From the NCBI GenBank assembly GCA_054600435.1, contig BAAIJX010000003.1:806001-856010 (forward strand): a DNA stretch of 50,010 nt, in the 5' to 3' direction. The position numbers and the translations under genes are program-made. Numbering within the stretch: the first letter of the stretch is position 1; every line of letters starts with the position of its first letter. This DNA is from Neophaeotheca triangularis (taxonomy: Eukaryota). A model generated the notes under the pieces. The model had not been told where the DNA came from. It saw nothing but the letters and a program-made list of their open reading frames with translations, and searched no databases. Shown in pieces: positions 11,345-22,432 of this stretch.

Positions 11345-12211
11345 GGTGAAGAGGATATTGGTTCTGTCGCACAAACAGAGGGCGATAAACGGTTCACAAG
11401 CGTTAGGTTAAGAAGCAACGGTAGCTAGCTGCTAAGCTTTTCCGGATGTTAGGAGATGAGGAGGAAAAGAGCGAGGGATTGGGGGAGCGGGTGCTTGATA
11501 CTTAATATCTATGCTACTACTACCTACTACCTACCTACGGGACTACTACCTTGACTACGGTTAGACCCAACAGGCTACAGCGCCCCGCAAACACATGTGC
11601 GATCGCCAGGAACATGGAGCAGGACGACAGCTACAGGTATACAGTACGTTACAGTATATTGGTGACCAGCCTTCGGCCGACGGCATTGTGGTGCGACGGC
11701 ATGGACAAGACGTGGTCCGCCCGGTAAAGAAAGGCCTCACTGCTCGTGCTCGTGCTCGCATTGGCTCATAGTCCGGAGAGCAGCGTTGCGGTGGCCGGCG
11801 GGGGATGTCAAAGGATCCAGAGCAGGAGGGGAGAGGGCAGTCGGGAGACTCGGGACCCGTGGACGTTGGTGGAATCCGGCTTTGGAGACGTCAAAAAGAG
11901 GGGAAGTCGAAAGGAAATTGAGTGGAGGGAGACGGGAGGCTGGCTGCGGAGACCGGAGACCGGCTCCAGCCATTGGTTAATATGGGGAAATGCTTAAGCG
12001 ACATCACTCATCATGTTGTAGCCATCCCCTTTGTCGATATCAATAGTATCGTCAAGTTACTTTTGTTATGATACACAAGCTAGCTTCTACGACATCAGCA
12101 GTGCAAGGGAGACGGCATGTCCATCTTGACCGTTGTTAGCAAACCCATAGATGTAAGCTACAAAGGGCCCTGTCAGACCCAACGCGTCGGGAGCCCAAGT
12201 CAAGAGCAGAG

Positions 12212-15169
12212 CTAGATGTCTTTGTTGAACCGGTCCTCCTCGCCTTCACGCTCGGGCATAGCCTTTGCGATCTTGAGATCATCATCCTCTTCGGCATTCA
12301 CATCCGCGGCACGCTTCTGATCTTCCCGTTCAAGCAGTCTAGTCTCAAGACTGGCAGCGGTGATTTCGTCTGCAGCGGCTTGTTGGCCTTCTGCATCTAG
12401 CCCAGCAGTCTCCGCACTAGAGACGCCTGCGGCGCCCGCAGCAGCAGGGGGTTCCTCCGCGCGTGGGTCGCTAGGCTTGTCGCTGCGTCGGTCCGCGCCT
12501 TGCTCCTTGTTCTTGGCCATGTCGTGATGGTTGACGAGTTCGACGTCCTCGTTGAAGATGCGAAGTAGCATTGCCTTTCGGTCTTCCTTGGGCAGCATGA
12601 GATTCAAGCTATGCATCGAGCGCCACAGTGGCAGTGTGATAGGCTCTTGGAAACCGTCTTCATCGTTACTCGCCTCCACACGCAGGACGCAGCATCCCAT
12701 ACCCACGTTGAGGACCTGAGGGCCAAGTTCACCGAGCTCCTTCCACCCACCATTGGGGTCGTTTGCGTTGCCGACTTTCGGGAACATCTCGACCAGCAGC
12801 TTCCGAAGCGTGCTCTTCTTGTGCATGGTGATGACACGATCTTGACCAACCCAACCCTCGATTATGGGCAATCCTTCGGTTTGGATGCGCCAGCGACAAA
12901 TGTCTTGACCTTGGGAATCCTGTTTCATGAACATCTTGACCCCTGCATGCACGAACTTCATACCTCTGCCTCCCGCATTCATCTGTAGGACGTCTTTTGC
13001 AAGTTTAGAAGTATAATAGATGCCTTTGACGGGGTCACCAGCCGGGTTGCGAACCAAGAAGCGATCCCTGGGGAAGCGTGGGTGGACTTGGTAAAACTTG
13101 TGTATCGACTCAAGCTCAGGGTGACTGGGGTCCAAGTAGATGAAGCTTTCCTCGTTCGCAGGCTCGTCGCCTCTCCTATGCTTCTTTGGCGGCGGGAGAT
13201 CTGTGGCTGTAGATCGCTCGAAGGGCGCATTAGCCGCTGCGTCAACAACCTTTTCGCGATCCTCCGTCGCTGCCGGCGTATTTGTTCCGGTCGAGACTGG
13301 TGCGCTCTCAGCCTGGTCGCCTGGGTTGGCTCCGTCTGCCTCGATAGCCATTCCAACGCTAGGAGGCACCGGCCACCTTTCCTTTCTGCCCTCTTCGCCT
13401 TCCAACGTTGGGTCGCCCGGATCCTCATCAATCTTCAGCTTCTTTCCGGCGCTCGAAGCACCTACTTCTTGCTCAAACTCATCCGCCTTTCTCTTAGATG
13501 CCGCGCCGATATCAGCAGTGTTTGGCTGGTTCTGCCTTGCAGCAGCCGATCTATCGCCCGTGTCTTGGTTTACGAACGTAGGTGCGATTTCCTGAGCGCT
13601 CTCGATGTGCTCGACACGACCATCAGCATCCGGCATGGCTTCCTCGATTTCGTTGACCATGTTCATAACAGGATTCTTGGCATCCTTTGCTGCCGCCGCC
13701 TCCGTGGGTTTGCTGCACCGGGTCTCTCCTTCAGGCTTCGCACGGATATCACCTAGTTTCTCGATCACAGTTATGAAGAAGCCGCCGGTGTCTTGTTGAT
13801 GCGGGTACACTCTCATGCATCGTTCCAATGGAATACCTTCCGAATCGTCAGGTGGGAACATGCCTGGGACGACCTTTGAGTTGGGCCCCTCAAATTGCTC
13901 GGCTTCGGGCCAAGATTCGTACGTCCTTCCGTCTTTAGCCATGATGATCCAGTCTTTTAGACCCGGCGACCGTACAAGTTCCGGGAGCTGGTCAGAGCAG
14001 TCGACCAGCTTGACCTTGGCGTTGCCACCGCAGCGTTCCACTGCCGAAGCGATAACAGCCTCATTCTCGATGGGGTTGAGAGAGCACGTGCTGTAAACCA
14101 TCTTCCCACCAACCTTGAGCATCTGCAGAGATCGAACCAGAATTCTGACTTGTGTGATGTACAAACCCATGCCATTGACCGGCGACCAGTCTTTCCAGAT
14201 ATTGGGGTTCTTTCTACAAGTGCCATCTCCGCTGCACGGCACATCCGCGAGAATGCGATCGAATTTGAGATACTGGCGTTTCTGCGGCTGGCCTGGCTTA
14301 GCTTCTGTCGTGGGTAGCTCCAGAGATGGGAACATGGTCGCATCGTGATTCATGACAACAAGGTTAGGCGAATTGAGACGCTTGACCTGGTGGACCAACA
14401 TTTGGGCACGCTTGTAATCGACGTCGTTTGCCACGAGCATGCCGGTAGAACGGCCGTCATCCTGAAGTACCTGGCCATCCACCTCGACGGTGTCCTGATC
14501 CGGGCGCGTCTTCGACTCTTTGATCGCCTTCCCTACCCTGTCTTCCTCTCCGAGATGCAGCAGTTCGATCAATTGCGCGCTCTTGCTCCCAGGTGCAGCG
14601 CACAAATCCAGCACGGCATGCTCCGGTTTGATGTCGAGCATCAGCGGTGGAATCATGGATACCTGTTCCTGCCTAGAGATGTTGCCGACTCCAGTCTCAC
14701 TGACCAAGAACTTCTGGAAGTCCTTGAACGGCCCATATTTTCTGACAACGTTCTTCGGTGTCGTCATGCTATAAGCCAATCCTTCGGGATACCACGGCAT
14801 TTGTCTCGGAATCTCCACAGGTCTCCCTTCATGCTTAATATCTTTAATCATCGGGAAAAAGCGCTCGACCATGTTGTCACGGACGCGAAGCGCGTGCCCT
14901 TTTGAGCCGCAAAATCTGAAAGCGTTGGGAAGTTCTCGACGGAGGGCAGCCCAGAAAGCTTCGCGTTCAGGTCCAGCAGGCACAATGTTCATGGTGTTGT
15001 AGTAGCCTTCAAATTTCTCGTTTTCCTTGGGCATGTTTTCAAAGGATACTCGGTTGTCTTCCTGTGGACGCGAGCCGCCTCCTCCTCCGCGACCTCCTCG
15101 ACCTCGACCTCTACCACCACGTCCTCCGCCACGGGATTTCTTGCCTCTCCAATTCTTAGTTCCAGGCAT
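12212..15169 (-). CDS. NCL1: tRNA (cytosine-5)-methyltransferase NCL1/TRM4 (NSUN2 family)
   Basis: Motifs DLCAAPGSKSAQ, ANDVD, FDRILADVPCSGDG, YSTCSLNPIENE and PHQQDTGGFF; RGG-rich N-terminus. ATG at 15169. Confidence 0.93.
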   Translation of the reverse strand: MPGTKNWRGKKSRGGGRGGRGRGRGGRGGGGGSRPQEDNRVSFENMPKENEKFEGYYNTMNIVPAGPEREAFWAALRRELPNAFRFCGSKGHALRVRDNMVERFFPMIKDIKHEGRPVEIPRQMPWYPEGLAYSMTTPKNVVRKYGPFKDFQKFLVSETGVGNISRQEQVSMIPPLMLDIKPEHAVLDLCAAPGSKSAQLIELLHLGEEDRVGKAIKESKTRPDQDTVEVDGQVLQDDGRSTGMLVANDVDYKRAQMLVHQVKRLNSPNLVVMNHDATMFPSLELPTTEAKPGQPQKRQYLKFDRILADVPCSGDGTCRKNPNIWKDWSPVNGMGLYITQVRILVRSLQMLKVGGKMVYSTCSLNPIENEAVIASAVERCGGNAKVKLVDCSDQLPELVRSPGLKDWIIMAKDGRTYESWPEAEQFEGPNSKVVPGMFPPDDSEGIPLERCMRVYPHQQDTGGFFITVIEKLGDIRAKPEGETRCSKPTEAAAAKDAKNPVMNMVNEIEEAMPDADGRVEHIESAQEIAPTFVNQDTGDRSAAARQNQPNTADIGAASKRKADEFEQEVGASSAGKKLKIDEDPGDPTLEGEEGRKERWPVPPSVGMAIEADGANPGDQAESAPVSTGTNTPAATEDREKVVDAAANAPFERSTATDLPPPKKHRRGDEPANEESFIYLDPSHPELESIHKFYQVHPRFPRDRFLVRNPAGDPVKGIYYTSKLAKDVLQMNAGGRGMKFVHAGVKMFMKQDSQGQDICRWRIQTEGLPIIEGWVGQDRVITMHKKSTLRKLLVEMFPKVGNANDPNGGWKELGELGPQVLNVGMGCCVLRVEASNDEDGFQEPITLPLWRSMHSLNLMLPKEDRKAMLLRIFNEDVELVNHHDMAKNKEQGADRRSDKPSDPRAEEPPAAAGAAGVSSAETAGLDAEGQQAAADEITAASLETRLLEREDQKRAADVNAEEDDDLKIAKAMPEREGEEDRFNKDI

Positions 15170-15669
15170 TTTGCCGGTAAGGTGTGGTTGTGTTAAGTGA
15201 GGAAGAAAGTCGCCATGAAATTCAGAGCTTGCCGACCTAGGGAAGCTCCAGGCCCCAGACCTTGGCGCTGTCACAGTTGAAAGTAAGTGGAAAGTTAGCC
15301 GAAGCGTCAAAGAGTAGGAGTGAGGGAATAATCAAAAGAGACCTGAGGTATGCAGAGGACTAGCCGAGCCGCCGGGTACAGTGAAGAGATCCGCGGAAGC
15401 GGGTCAAGTGGTTCCGTGGCGCAAGCCATGATAGTTTCCTTTTGCTAGCTATTGAAGTTGGTAGCTCTCCAAATTGTTGAAGCAAGATATCTGGCTCGAG
15501 CTGGTTCTTTCAACCGCTTCTGTACTTGCAACAGGTCGCACACCCATCATCCCTAGCATTAGACCGGTCCTCTAACTACATAGGCACCAGTCGCGTGTTG
15601 AAGCCTTGCGCAGTCTCAATCGTGCCGCCGCAGATCATCGCTCTCAATCACCAAAGGAAACGCTTCATG

Positions 15670-15703
15670 CTCCAAGCTCCACGCTCCACGCTCCACGCTC
15701 CAC
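15670..15703 (+). repeat. Short tandem repeat of a 7-mer, (GCTCCAC)n, about 5 copies
   Basis: ctccaa gctccac gctccac gctccac gctccac g, read directly from the intergenic sequence. Confidence 0.8.
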
Positions 15704-15864
15704 GAACATGCTTCGAAGCATCGTATCAGTACTTGAAGAGTAGGTGGCAGATTACCTGTCCAGGCACTAGCATTCGATCAACCTGTACAACCAGCGCGGG
15801 CAACCGGGCTGCGCGAAAACGATAACACGCCGAAAATTGTTGAAGGGCGCCGCTCTTCCAATCA

Positions 15865-17153
15865 TCACGCTTTCCGTCGTGTCTTCCTCTGACTCCCTGT
15901 TACTTTGCTGCCCTTCGTGTCATCTTCAAAAGCAAATCGCTGATCTCGCACTTGTTCATCATTCTTCGCATCGGCCATCCCGTTTCCCATCGTGGCCTCC
16001 GCTCGTTTCCTTGCGGCAGTCACTGAGCCTTTGCCAGAGTCATTGCCCGTGGCAATACCCTGGAAGTCTACCTCTTCGGCTTCGCCTTTTTCCTTTGGCT
16101 CATAGTGCACTTCGTCCGACCCAACGCCCTTGGTTCCGAAAGGCGGATCAAAACGCTTTCGGATCGTCTGGATCATCTTACTGAACCAGTAGTAGTTGAG
16201 CAGGTTTAGTACGGTGTTGGAAACGATGTAGGCAGACACGAGCCACATTGGAATGTATTCTTGACCCATTTGGAGGAAGGCTGTGCTTTGCATCTGAGCA
16301 TCGTTGGTTCGCATGGCCAATTCGGTCTGAACCTTGCGGGTGGTGAAATCGGAAACCACCGAAGGCGGCGAGCTGTGGCCGGCTTGAACGGCGTGATACA
16401 TGTCTGAGAAGACCCAATAGCTGTTCAATGCACCCCAGACTAATCGGCAGCCGAAAAAGGTCGATGTAAGCACTGCACCGTTGATAGCTTGATACACCGA
16501 GCCAGTGAGCTCGAGCTTATCCAAAAACCAGTGAATGTTGAGTGCTGGGCTGGAGAGCTCATAGAGAAGGAAGACTGGGCAGTAGAAATGCACAAAGGGT
16601 CGCTTTGAGGAGCATTAGCACTAGACCCCATCGCCTTGATTTGATAGCAAAAACTTACAAATCCCAGCGAGAAGACTGTAACAGCAGCCACTGCATGAGC
16701 AAGCATTCCCCAGCCAAATACGTTGACGTATACTGCGCACATTACCAGGTCCCACAGGAAGTACCCAAGGGCCATGCTTTGCACAAAGCCTGAGAGTCCG
16801 GTATAGCCCCATATCCGCTCTTTCCACATATCTGGCTCATAGAAGCTCCTCCGTTCTTCATCATAGAACATCAAGTACAGCGACAAGCTGCATACCGTGA
16901 TGCTCTGCACAAACGACACAACGTGAACATTCCAGTTTATCTTCGTCTTGTACGACAGCTTGGGAAAGTGATCCGGGAAGAGCCATGTGCTGATGAGAGG
17001 CGACAGGTACATTCCGACGATGCTGTAGACGCCTATGCTGAACAATACTTCGTGAGCATGGTACGGTAGCGTTGGGAGTGATGCAGCGTCAGCGAACGGC
17101 TTCACCAGGTTGACGAGAGGCGCCGGTGCGGCGACGGGGAATGGGTCCAGCAT
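15865..17153 (-). CDS. TLC-domain (TRAM/LAG1/CLN8; TMEM56/Tda4-like) membrane protein, 2 exons
   Basis: ATG at 17153 (MLDPFPVAAP). Intron 16658-16603 (GTAAGT..GCTAAT..AAG) joins FSLGF to RPFVHFY. Motifs WNVHVVSFVQS, GYFLWDL, LAHA, YELSSPALNIHWFLDK, FFGCRLVWG and LNYYWFSKMI. Confidence 0.85.
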
Positions 17154-17848
17154 GGTCGCGTACTTTGAAGAGGTTGTATGAAGAAGTGGACGTTCAAAGA
17201 GCCATGTTGGGGCGACAGGACGCAAGTTTTGATTGTGCTTGCTACAGCTGTACCATGCGGCCAGCCCACGCGATCGCTAACTTATCGCTTAGAGATGAGG
17301 TCCCGAAGGCGGACGGAGGTGTCCCGTTGTTTCCCCGGCCGACAAGACACCACCGCACGAGAACTACTTAGCAAGGGCGACTTCTACGGTTCAGGCGTCT
17401 CTCTTGCGTTCCACTCTTCCAAACAAACGAAGATCCTTTTGTGACACTAAGGACCAAGTAAATGATACTCAGCCCAATGATATGCAGTACGTACTCAGTG
17501 AGTTGGCTTGACGACCTCGACATGATGGTATTGATCATCAACGGCATCCTCCGTGATCATCACCCTCTGCTTCTAGTGTCAAAGAAACGTCGTGTATTCG
17601 GTTTTCTGTTAAAGAAGCAGACATTTTGCCATTTGACGCAAACTGGGATTGATTTTGGTAATGACCATATGTGGCACCCATCACAAGAGTGGCACATGAT
17701 TCGAATTGATATGGGCCGAGGCACTTCCAATACAGATACGAGCGGGGTGCGACGACGTGTACCCTCCAAGAGTTTCGTTATTGTTTCCTTGCTACTAATT
17801 TCTCTTCTAACGCAGGTTGGCCATTTGTTCAATTGTTCTTGGGTCAGA

Positions 17849-19063
17849 ATGCCGAAGTGGATCGACAAGCTAAAGCAAAAATTCGGAGAGGGTGACCACT
17901 CAGACGCTAGCGGACATGGGCTCTCCCAACACGAAGGGAAGACACTGGCAAATCTCCAAAGATTGCAAGGCAAAACACACGGCGGGAATGATGTAGCAAA
18001 ACCATCTGGCGAAGCGCAACTGCTGGGCCTAGTGTCGGACCCGAGGTGGTGCAGGGACTCTGGCGTTTCGGTGCGCGTCGGGGACCGCCAACTCTGGACG
18101 TGGCGAGATTCAACCCACTGGCCAGGGCAGCCATTCTTCTTCACCAGTAGCACCGCATCTTGGAGTGATTTTGACGAGCAGGGGCGCCCCAAAGTTGAGA
18201 ATGGCTTGCTCCGCTTATATGGAGATTCATGTCACGAATCGGCTTACTTCCCCATGCCGTCAAAAGGGTGCCATCCGCACTCTGGCGCGTTCGATGATGG
18301 CAGCAGACGCACTATTTGGCCAGATACCAAACCTCTGGTAGTGGATTTGGGCAATGGCGACGCAGCTCTGTACACATGGATCAAGCAGGCTCACCTCAAG
18401 GGAATGGAAGATCTTGACCCGACACCCGCGACCGCTTTATACCGGGCCGATTTTCAACTGGGCAACTCTTTCTGTGCTCAAAACCCACCACAGGAAAGAC
18501 TCGTACAGAGAAATTACTGGCCGAGAGAGAGCATTGCGTACGGTAGCTACGGATATCTCATCGGGATCGACGGATATGCGTATCTCTACGGCAAGCTGAG
18601 TGACAACAAGGGCATTTCGCTGGCAAGAGTCCCTCTGAACAATATCGAAGACCCGAGTACAGCCACTTTCTACACCAAGTCAAAAGGTTGGTCTAGCGGA
18701 CGACCGGGTATGGATGATAGCGACGCTGCCATTCCCAACGCCGGAGCGGGCGGTCAGGGGGACTTCTACCACAGCCAGCATCTCAACTCCTTCGTCTGGA
18801 TTGGTTCTGGCGTATTCCCTAGCCCTGATTTTTTCGTAGCGACTTCGCCGTCTCCCGAGGGCCCGTGGACCGACCCAGCTCCGCTATATACTGGCGTGGG
18901 CGGGGAATCTCATCTACCGGCATATAGTTGTGTTGCGCATCCGGGTTTGAGCGAGAGAGAGGGTAACGGCAAGGATATCTACCTCACGTACACTAGGGTT
19001 GATAAGGGCCCCAACAACGAGGAGCTCTACACTACGCCACTGGTTCGGCTGGAATGGCAGTAG
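17849..19063 (+). CDS. DUF4185-like beta-propeller protein (putative glycoside hydrolase fold), no signal peptide
   Basis: Likely ATG at 17849 (MPKWIDKLK). Motifs RDSGVSVRVGDRQLWTWRDS, DGYAYLYG, LARVP, SPSPEGPWTDP, YSCVAHP and IYLTYT resemble fungal DUF4185-type proteins. The upstream extension of the ORF track looks non-coding. Confidence 0.6.
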   Translation: MPKWIDKLKQKFGEGDHSDASGHGLSQHEGKTLANLQRLQGKTHGGNDVAKPSGEAQLLGLVSDPRWCRDSGVSVRVGDRQLWTWRDSTHWPGQPFFFTSSTASWSDFDEQGRPKVENGLLRLYGDSCHESAYFPMPSKGCHPHSGAFDDGSRRTIWPDTKPLVVDLGNGDAALYTWIKQAHLKGMEDLDPTPATALYRADFQLGNSFCAQNPPQERLVQRNYWPRESIAYGSYGYLIGIDGYAYLYGKLSDNKGISLARVPLNNIEDPSTATFYTKSKGWSSGRPGMDDSDAAIPNAGAGGQGDFYHSQHLNSFVWIGSGVFPSPDFFVATSPSPEGPWTDPAPLYTGVGGESHLPAYSCVAHPGLSEREGNGKDIYLTYTRVDKGPNNEELYTTPLVRLEWQ

Positions 19064-19401
19064 CTGTATACTGGAAAAGGTTCTTGTTCCCATGGTTGGG
19101 GGTGTTTGTTCAGGCTAGTGATAATACCATATGTACTTCTATCTTTTTCCGTTTTCATCGAGTACCTAGGTAGTACCTTCACACGTCTACGAGTGAAACA
19201 CACATGTCATTCCGGCATCGTGACTGCCCTGCTTGGTGCAACTCAGGCTTTTGTACCAATCGGGCTTAGCGCTTTCCAACCGGGCCTCGAGCTCGCCAGC
19301 TTCCGACCTCATCGTCGCCGCCTGCTGTACATCACCATCCAAAGCGAAAGCCGCATCCTCTTCCTTTATCGACCAGTCGCCCTCACACACCAGTAGCCAA
19401 G

Positions 19402-20657
19402 ATGGAGGGCATGTTCTATAATGTCCAATATGGCTACATAGAAGGTATCGTGCGCGGCTACCGCAACACGTTGCTCACCGGCCAGAATTACGGCAACTTA
19501 ACGCAATGCGAAACCGTCGATGGTGAGCTACTGTACCTACTCTACACCTGCTTGCTCACATCGCTGGAGCAGGCTGAGTGGTACCCGGGGCTCGCTAACA
19601 ACTTGAATATCTAGACATCAAACTCCAGCTCTCGCCCGCCTACGGCGACTTCCTAGCCGCTCTTCCCCCCAACCCCCCCACCTCTGCCCTCGCCGACAAG
19701 ACCCTCGACAAGCTCGTCGCCGAGTTCCGCTACGTCCAAGCCAATGCTGTCGGCTCGTTGTCGAAATTCATGGACTACCTCACCTACGCCTACATGATCG
19801 ACAATGTCGCGCTGCTCATCACGGGCACGCTGCACGAGCGAGACACGCGCGAGCTCCTGGAGCGTTGCCACCCGCTCGGCTGGTTCGAGACAATGCCCGT
19901 CCTCTGCGTCGCGACCAATATCGAAGAACTCTACAACAGTGTGCTGATTGAGACGCCGCTGGCGGCCTATTTCAAAGGCTCGCTCAGTCACCAGGACCTC
20001 GACGAGCTGAACATCGAGATCATTCGCAATACGCTGTACAAGAACTACCTGGAGGACTTCCACAACTTCGTCAACACCGATTCGGAGATCAAGGGCACGC
20101 CAACTGCGGAGGTCATGACGGAAGTTCTGGAGTTCGAGGCGGACCGCAGGAGCATCAACATTACCCTCAACTCTTTTGGCACCGAGCTGAACAAGGCGGA
20201 CCGCAAGAAGCTGTATCCGAGTTTCGGCAAGTTGCATCCCGAGGGCACGTTGATGTTGAGCCGGGCGGACGATGCCGAGGGCGTTAGGATTGCTGTCGAT
20301 GGCGTTAGCGACTACAGGACCATGTTCGACCAGACTGGGTTAGGAGGCAGTGGTGTCGGAAATCAGAGCGGTGGAATTGGGGGAGACGAGGGCAAGAGTC
20401 TGGAAGACTTGTTCTACCAAAAGGAGATGGAAATCAGCAAGATCGCTTTCACATACCAGTTCAGCCACGCTTCAGTTTACGCCTGGGTGAAGCTGAGAGA
20501 GCAGGTAAGATCCGCAGTGGCGACGTCCGTACATGTGACACAGAATGCAACAGGCTAACATTCGCTCCCGCAGGAAATCCGGAATATCACGTGGATCTCC
20601 GAGTGCATTGCGCAGAACCAAAAGGACAGGATCGGCAACTACATCAGCACGTTCTGA
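19402..20657 (+). CDS. VMA6: V-type proton ATPase V0 subunit d, 3 exons
   Basis: N-terminus MEGMFYNVQYGYIEGIVRGYR. Exons 19402-19522, 19615-20504 and 20574-20657 with GT..CTAAC..AG introns. Motifs YMIDNVALLITG, CHPLGWF and FEADRRSINIT; C-terminus EIRNITWISECIAQNQK..ISTF*. Confidence 0.96.
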
Positions 20658-21125
20658 TTTGGTGGGGTAACAGACGGTTTTGGCATTCTGATTGAGTTCT
20701 GACACTACTCTACTGCTGTTGTCGTCACCTGTTTGGCGACCTATTTGACAACCGACCCGACCTGTGAGCGAGATATCCGGCATTTTCTGTTGTACAGTAG
20801 TACTTGTTCTCCGGCGCTGCAGGCGTAGCGGCGTTACTTTTGCTCATTCTTTTACGTGCTCTCTGTCTCTCTCTCTCGCTTTTGGTCTCGCTAATCCTCT
20901 CGTAAGCTTCGGCAGTGCTTAGGAGCTTTGCTTGTGTAGATCTGACTTTCCGCGACTCTATTCGGCGTTAGCGCACTCTCACCACGTCTGTGGCACAGCG
21001 CCATAGTCAACCAGCACCGTAGTCAACAAGCCGCCACCCCGCCGTCTCCAGCCTCACTTGCACAGCTTAACTCACGCACAGATCCACCTATATAGCCCAG
21101 CACCAAGTAGACAACCCACTCCCAC

Positions 21126-21932
21126 TCAATCCCCCGTCTCAATCTCCAAATCCAACTGTACCCCACTACTAACCCCATAATCGGCGAGCGTCAACTGATC
21201 CCTGAACGGCCGCTCGCTCTGTCTCCGCACCATGATCTCGTGCGGTTTGCGCCCAATCTTGCTCGCCACGAGCGCTTTGAAGACTTTGACGCTATCGCTT
21301 CCCAAACAGGGGATTTGCGCTTTGGTGCCAAGGCGGTCGTTTACTGTCACCATCATGAGGGGTTCTTGGGGAACTGTGCGTTTAAGTTTGGGTTTGGTGG
21401 GGTTGGTGACCGGGGGGTTGGAGGGTGCGGTGGTCGTGGCTGTAGGGGCGGGAGTTGGGGCGTCGTTGTTGTTGGTTTTGTTATCCGAGGTTGCGGGTGC
21501 GCGCGGTTTGTAGTTTGCGAATTTGCTGGCGGCGGCGGCGGCGCCGAATTTGGCGGCGATGTCGTTGGTGGGTTTGCTCGGGGCGGCAGTGTCTGCGGCG
21601 GAGGAGGTGGTGTCCGACGCGGGTGCGTCTTCGGCGGCGCTGGCTTTGGCTTTGGAAAGTAGGGCCTCGCGCTGGGCGTTCATGGTTGGGGGACCGTCGG
21701 CGGCATGGTTCTCCTCGTCGTCGTCACGGTCGCGACGGCGCGCAGGGGAACGGTCGCGGTATTTGCTGTTGAGGGATGCGGCTTGGGAGGCTGTAGCGGT
21801 GGTGCTGTCTTCGGTGGGTTGCTTCTTCTCCTTGAATTTGAGACCGCCTTTGCTCTTCTTTTGTTTCTTTTGTTTGGGTTCAGCGGGATCACGTGCCGGC
21901 GAACGGGACCTGCTGCGCGTTGGTGAGGCCAT
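21126..21932 (-). CDS. HUB1: Hub1/UBL5-type ubiquitin-like domain with a long N-terminal RS/K-rich disordered extension
   Basis: The C-terminal 75 aa (VTVNDRLGTKAQIPCLGSDSV..FK..IG..TLADY) match the Hub1 signature VNDRLGKK..KC..D. The N-terminus carries RSRSRSP and basic NLS-like tracts. Confidence 0.75.
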   Translation of the reverse strand: MASPTRSRSRSPARDPAEPKQKKQKKSKGGLKFKEKKQPTEDSTTATASQAASLNSKYRDRSPARRRDRDDDEENHAADGPPTMNAQREALLSKAKASAAEDAPASDTTSSAADTAAPSKPTNDIAAKFGAAAAASKFANYKPRAPATSDNKTNNNDAPTPAPTATTTAPSNPPVTNPTKPKLKRTVPQEPLMMVTVNDRLGTKAQIPCLGSDSVKVFKALVASKIGRKPHEIMVRRQSERPFRDQLTLADYGVSSGVQLDLEIETGD

Positions 21933-22432
21933 GGTCGTGGTGCGTTGCAGTACGTTGGAGACCGGTGATGTTTCGCGTCGCGTATCGAGAAAGTGTCTGT
22001 ACCTTAAGTTAGCTTTCGTTGCTGGCAGTCTTCACATGCAGGACATGAGAGCTGTGGCGTTTCGATGTGTGGCTGATGGAGCTTGGCAGACAGATTCCTT
22101 ATCTTATCATGTTATTCAGCCGACGGATTCGGGCATCAGTCACCGAGCCGGCGGCATTTGAGCCAAAGAGCGAACCTTAGGCAGAGACGGCGTCATCCTC
22201 GCCGGCCCCACCTCATTCTCATTATTCGTCCCCACGTGCGTCGTCGGCTTCGGAGCAATAACGAGGCGCGAAGTGCGCGCGCCGGACTTTGTCAAACATC
22301 ATTACCTTACCTTATTCTCAGGCTCCCTTCATTCTCTTACTCCTTCCGTTCGATCCTTCTTACGGCCACGTTGAGAGCATGGTATGACTATGAACTACGT
22401 CTGCAAATACGCCCAACAGTAGCAAGCACACC

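Noticed and set aside
11512..11560. CTAC/CTA-rich repeats (similar short repeats at about 24891 and 37700-37745) as a possible array
   Set aside because: Simple microsatellite-like tracts with no repeat-spacer structure; CRISPR is not expected in a fungal genome.
19523..19614. The 92-nt VMA6 intron 1 has an internal GCTCAC..CAG that might indicate a second stwintron
   Set aside because: The sequence after the internal CAG (GCTGAG) does not rebuild a GT donor, and the remainder would be only about 42 nt. A single intron explains the frame.
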